NCBI GenBank assembly: GCA_017848335.1
Contig: JAGDAX010000052.1
Span: 1 to 63,107, forward strand
Length of the DNA: 63,107 nt
From: Clostridia bacterium
Lineage (GTDB): Bacteria > Bacillota > Clostridia > UBA1212
Reading direction: 5' to 3'
Every line of letters begins with the position of its first letter. Positions within the stretch are counted from its first letter, which is position 1. Shown in pieces: positions 59,109 to 63,107 of this stretch. A model generated the notes under the pieces. That model had not been told where the DNA came from, did no database searches, and saw only the letters and a program-made list of their open reading frames with translations. The position numbers and the translations under genes are program-made.

Positions 59109-61721
59109 ATGCTTTCACCACAAGACGATTCACGCAAAAAGCTTTTTTCGTTTTTGTTCGCTCTTGCCGCGATTTTGGCGGTTCTTGTGTGTTCTTTTAT
59201 CGTTCGCGGGATCGCATACCGCGTGCCGGCTGCGGACGCTCAGGAGAAGCAATACTTTTTGGACGACGACGGCGAGCCCTACCTTACGGAGATGGACTCC
59301 TATTTCTTTTTCCGCAAGGCGGGCGAAATGGCTGAAGAGGGGAAGATCAACCTTTACAATTACAGGTCGAGCGATGCGCTTATCGGGCAAAGAGTGTACG
59401 CGAATGAGGACGCAGGCGGGACGCCGCTCGGCCTTTCGGTGCTGTGTTACCTGATCTGGTTTTGCTTTCTGCGCGTGTTCGGAGTGAGCCTTTATCAGAC
59501 TGCGGTCTGGATGGGGCCCGTATTTGGAAGCCTTGCCGCGGTGCCTGCGTTTCTTTACGTCAAACGAAGAGCCGGGCTGGCGGGCGGTATTGTCGCGGGA
59601 ATTCTTGCCGGGTGCGCGATTCCGTTCGTGATCCACACTCACGCCGGCTTTTTTGACACCGACATGGTGCTTGCGATCCTGCCGCTGACGTTCCTGCTTT
59701 GCCAGATCAGAAGCATGCAGGAAAGCAAGCTCGCAAAGCAGATCGTGTTTGCGCTTCTTTCCGCGGCGGCGCTGGTGGTCATGTCATATTTTTGGGTGGC
59801 CTTCAACGCGTATTGCGCCCTGTCGCTTATTTGCACGGTAATATCCGTCGTGCTGATATCGGCGGTGCCCTCAAGGTTTATGAGCGGTCAGCCGTGGCGC
59901 AGGAAGTGGCAAATGATCCGCGGAGGTCTGCTTGCCCAGGGCTTCACGTACATTCTGCTGTTTGTGACCGGAGGGGTCGCCGCGCTGAAGAGAGTACTGT
60001 CGGTCCTTGATCTGCTCAGGTCCTCGTCGGGTGCCGGCGCCGCCGCGCTTCCCGGAGCATACGATTTTGTGGGCGAAATGAGGCGGATCCGCAAGCTTCC
60101 CGGGCTTAGTCCCGTGGAGCTCGTGAAGGCAAATACGGGCTCGGTCATGGGAATGCTTGGCGGGCTCATTCCTTGCCTGCTCGCGGCGGCGGCTATCCCT
60201 CTTGCGATACTGATTTTGTTTTTAAAGGCGAAGCGGAAGGGCGTTGACGCGTCCGGGGGAGAAGGGAACGGTGTCGCAGAGCTTATGGTTGACGCCGGCT
60301 TCCTGCTGCCCTGGCTTGTTCTCTCGCTCTATCTCGCATTTTCGAGCGTGAGATATTGTGAGATCGCCGTGCTTCCGGTTTGCCTGCTTTGCGGTACCGC
60401 CGTTGGCTGCGTGTTTTCCGCTGCCGGGAAGGTGGGAAGAGCAGGTGCGCCTTTCGGAAGCTACGGTAATGCCTCCGAAGCTTCCGGCGTTCTTAGTGCA
60501 GACTCCGGGAACTCTCGCGGGAAATCAAACGCGCATCGTGGTATATCCGCGATTCTGCGCAGGATATCCGGCTTTTTCCGCGAAAGATCCGATATTGTTA
60601 TTCGGGCGGCGGGTATTTTGCTTGCTGCTGCGGCTGTTATTCCTGTGATCATAGGCGCGATAACGTACTCCTCGACCGTGAAGTCTTCCGTGACCGACAC
60701 CAAAAGCCTCGCAATGCAGTACGTGCGCGAGAATACTTCCCGGGATGCCTCTGTCGCAGGCTGGTGGGACGACGGTTATTTCACCGAATATGCGTCAGGC
60801 AGGAGGACTCTTACGGACGGCGGCAGCAGCAGCGGCCTGCTGGACTGGCTTACCGCTAAGGCGCTTCTTACGGACGATTTGAAGCTGTCCTCCAATATTT
60901 TCCGCATGCTCAACGAGAGCGGCGGCGATGCCCTGGAATTGATCATCGGGCAGGGAGTTGACGGCAGCGAGGCTGCAGAGCTTCTCATGGAGCTTTTGGC
61001 GGCGGATCGCTTAACCGCGGCTGTAATTCTGGACGGGAAGGGGCTCGATAAGAGCATTCTCGACAAGACGCACCCTCTCGAAAGCAACGAGATCGTGCTG
61101 ACGCTGAGCACGGACCTTCTCGGTAAAATGAGGGCCCTGAATTATTATGCCTTTTGGAATCCGGCGAAAGGACGCTCGGAGATGAACGCGGGCATAACGG
61201 TTTCGGACGGGTCGAAGGTTTTGAGCGAAGAGGGCAGAGCAGACGTTACGATGTTCCGGTCTGACGCGGTTGTTCATGTGACCGTGAATGCTGACGGCAG
61301 CGTTTCGGCGAATTACTCCGACGCCACGGGGAAGGTTTATGAGCTCGGGCGCCTCTGCGTATGGAAGGACGGTGTGCTCGTCAGCGACGAGTGCATTGAA
61401 AGCCGTTTGACCGGCGATGGCGGTGAAGTGAGGTCATACCCGACCGGCTGCGTGCTTCTGATCGAGGGCGACCGTATTTGCGGCTTGCTGTGTCCCCGCG
61501 AGGTTTGCGGCAGTGTGCTGGTAAGGTGCCTTGTATGCGAGGATGAATCCGTCGGGACGCTTGAGCTTCTGGGCACGTGGTACGGCGAAACCGAAGCGGA
61601 GCCCTGTGCCGCCCAAAGAAGGCTGGGCGTTTACTCGGAAAGCACGTGGGTGACGCAGGTTTGGAGACTGCGGGGTGAAGTGTTTCGGAGCTCTGCACTT
61701 GGCCACCGCGCAGCATTTTGA
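59109..61721 (+). CDS. STT3/AglB/PglB-family oligosaccharyltransferase-like protein
   Basis: Multi-TM N-terminal half; EMDSY (aa 61-65), HAGFFDTD (DxD, aa 183-185), WWDDG (aa 552-556), RRTLTDGG; soluble C-terminal domain. Confidence 0.85.
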   Translation: MLSPQDDSRKKLFSFLFALAAILAVLVCSFIVRGIAYRVPAADAQEKQYFLDDDGEPYLTEMDSYFFFRKAGEMAEEGKINLYNYRSSDALIGQRVYANEDAGGTPLGLSVLCYLIWFCFLRVFGVSLYQTAVWMGPVFGSLAAVPAFLYVKRRAGLAGGIVAGILAGCAIPFVIHTHAGFFDTDMVLAILPLTFLLCQIRSMQESKLAKQIVFALLSAAALVVMSYFWVAFNAYCALSLICTVISVVLISAVPSRFMSGQPWRRKWQMIRGGLLAQGFTYILLFVTGGVAALKRVLSVLDLLRSSSGAGAAALPGAYDFVGEMRRIRKLPGLSPVELVKANTGSVMGMLGGLIPCLLAAAAIPLAILILFLKAKRKGVDASGGEGNGVAELMVDAGFLLPWLVLSLYLAFSSVRYCEIAVLPVCLLCGTAVGCVFSAAGKVGRAGAPFGSYGNASEASGVLSADSGNSRGKSNAHRGISAILRRISGFFRERSDIVIRAAGILLAAAAVIPVIIGAITYSSTVKSSVTDTKSLAMQYVRENTSRDASVAGWWDDGYFTEYASGRRTLTDGGSSSGLLDWLTAKALLTDDLKLSSNIFRMLNESGGDALELIIGQGVDGSEAAELLMELLAADRLTAAVILDGKGLDKSILDKTHPLESNEIVLTLSTDLLGKMRALNYYAFWNPAKGRSEMNAGITVSDGSKVLSEEGRADVTMFRSDAVVHVTVNADGSVSANYSDATGKVYELGRLCVWKDGVLVSDECIESRLTGDGGEVRSYPTGCVLLIEGDRICGLLCPREVCGSVLVRCLVCEDESVGTLELLGTWYGETEAEPCAAQRRLGVYSESTWVTQVWRLRGEVFRSSALGHRAAF

Positions 61722-62082
61722 TCCCTGCTCCCGTGTGAACGCTGAGTAAACAGCTGTTCTTGCGTGCGCGACCCCGGAGCTGTACAAAGGTACTGCGAGC
61801 GGGGAGCTCGCGCTTCGCCGCGACGACAATTCGTCGAAGGACACCTTGCTGCCGGTAATAAGCTGAAGGTTGATTTTTTGCTCAAATCTCGCCGGATCCT
61901 CGTGGTAATAATATCGTCGCATCACACTTTCATTGACGGGACTGAAATTTGCCCGAAATGCAATTCACGCGACGTACTTTCTCAATAATTCACACGCCGA
62001 TACTAATCGCGTCAATAATCCTCGCGTCTAAAATTCTCACGCCTGTAATTTACGCGTGTAATTTACGCGACAATATTTCTCC

Positions 62083-62111
62083 TTGAATCGGGCAGCCTCT
62101 TCGTTTATAAT
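62083..62111 (+). promoter_or_regulatory. Sigma-A promoter
   Basis: TTGAAT-N17-TATAAT. Confidence 0.65.
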
Positions 62112-62171
62112 CAAACTGATATGCAGAGTCTTCTTTGCTGTCATTTTGACTGCTTCATTCAAGGAGTTTTT

Positions 62172-62564
62172 ATGAATACAGCTGTAAGGTATTATTCCAG
62201 GACAGGGAATACAAGGATCATAGCGGAGACCATCGCCAAATGCTTTGACACGGCGGCGGTGTCTGTTGACGCGGAGGGGGCAGCACTTGACGACGGCTGC
62301 GACGTTCTCTTCATCGGCGGCGCTCTCTATGCCTACGGGCTCGACAAGGCTCTTGCCGGGTATCTCGCGAATATTGACGCTTCCAAGGTCGGCAAGGCCG
62401 TTGTGTTCTCGACGTCCTGGCTCTCAAAGCACGCTGTTGACCTTATCAAAAAGGCGCTTGCGGCCAAGGGTATTGACGTCTGTGAGGATTTCTTCTATTC
62501 GAGGGGCAAGCCATCCGGGAAGGACGTCAAGGCCGCCGAGGAGTTCGCGAAGAAATTTGCGTGA
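62172..62564 (+). CDS. Short flavodoxin-like protein
   Basis: AAGGAG RBS, ATG 62172; YYSRTGNTRIIAETIA FMN loop, LFIGGA, VFSTS. Confidence 0.85.
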   Translation: MNTAVRYYSRTGNTRIIAETIAKCFDTAAVSVDAEGAALDDGCDVLFIGGALYAYGLDKALAGYLANIDASKVGKAVVFSTSWLSKHAVDLIKKALAAKGIDVCEDFFYSRGKPSGKDVKAAEEFAKKFA

Positions 62565-62727
62565 GCAGGCTGGAGCGGAAGCAAGCGGGAGTTCATTCTC
62601 GCGTTCGAGCGATCCGCACGGTTCACACTATTTGAGCGATCCGCACTGTTTTCACGATTTGCACGATTCTCGCGATTCGCATTATTCGTAAAATTTTATA
62701 AATGAAGGAAGGATTGACGGATACGAT

Positions 62728-63107
62728 ATGATCTACGATTACACGCTAACCACGGGCTGGGGCGAGACTCTTTCGCTCAGCGATTACAGGGGCAGGGTGA
62801 TTCTGGTCGTAAACACGGCCACGGGCTGCGGCTTCACACCGCAATACGAGCCCATCGAGAATCTTTACCGGGTCTACCACGACAAGGGCCTTGAGATACT
62901 TGACGTCCCCTGCAACCAGTTCGGCGGCCAGGCTCCGGGCACTGACGAGGAGATACACGATTTCTGCACGCTGCACTTTAACACAACGTTCCCGCAGATG
63001 AAAAAGGCTGACGTTAACGGGGAGAACGAGCTTCCGCTTTACACGTACCTGAAGGCGCAGAAGGGCTTCGAGGGCTTCGACCCGCATCCGTTTAAGGATC
63101 TGCTTGA
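62728..63107 (+). CDS. Glutathione peroxidase family protein (partial, runs off the window; missed by the ORF track)
   Basis: MIYDYT...VILVVNTATGCGFTPQY...LDVPCNQFGGQAPG...TTFPQMKKADVNG. Confidence 0.92.
   Translation, partial: MIYDYTLTTGWGETLSLSDYRGRVILVVNTATGCGFTPQYEPIENLYRVYHDKGLEILDVPCNQFGGQAPGTDEEIHDFCTLHFNTTFPQMKKADVNGENELPLYTYLKAQKGFEGFDPHPFKDLL

Overview
About 63 kb of chromosomal DNA from a GC-rich Firmicute. Clostridia-like and gut/rumen-type is my inference from gene content and sigma-A promoters. It mixes housekeeping genes (ftsE, ftsX, S41 protease, hslO, guaB, greA, lysS, a two-component system) with envelope and carbohydrate genes: two glycoside-hydrolase-like lipoproteins, a GH78-like enzyme, an MBOAT/AlgJ-like pair, an LCP protein and a 14-kb sugar ABC/NHL/YIP1/DUF5696-type cluster. 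No rRNA, tRNA, CRISPR array, transposase or phage genes are evident. Three loci stand out. (1) 56.7-61.7 kb: a radical SAM/SPASM enzyme, a stand-alone PqqD/RRE and a six-Cys precursor peptide with a YxxP leader, followed by an STT3/AglB/PglB-type oligosaccharyltransferase, which is unexpected in a Gram-positive; this is a candidate glycosylated RiPP or protein N-glycosylation system. (2) 25.3-25.7 kb: an RNA with its own promoter and terminator that matches only domain I of a group IIC intron. (3) 1.2-4.7 kb: orphan Tad-type minor pilins, one carrying a degenerate CdiA-type nuclease fold. Most intergenic spacers also carry short tandem or modular repeats. All family assignments come from motif recognition, not database searches.
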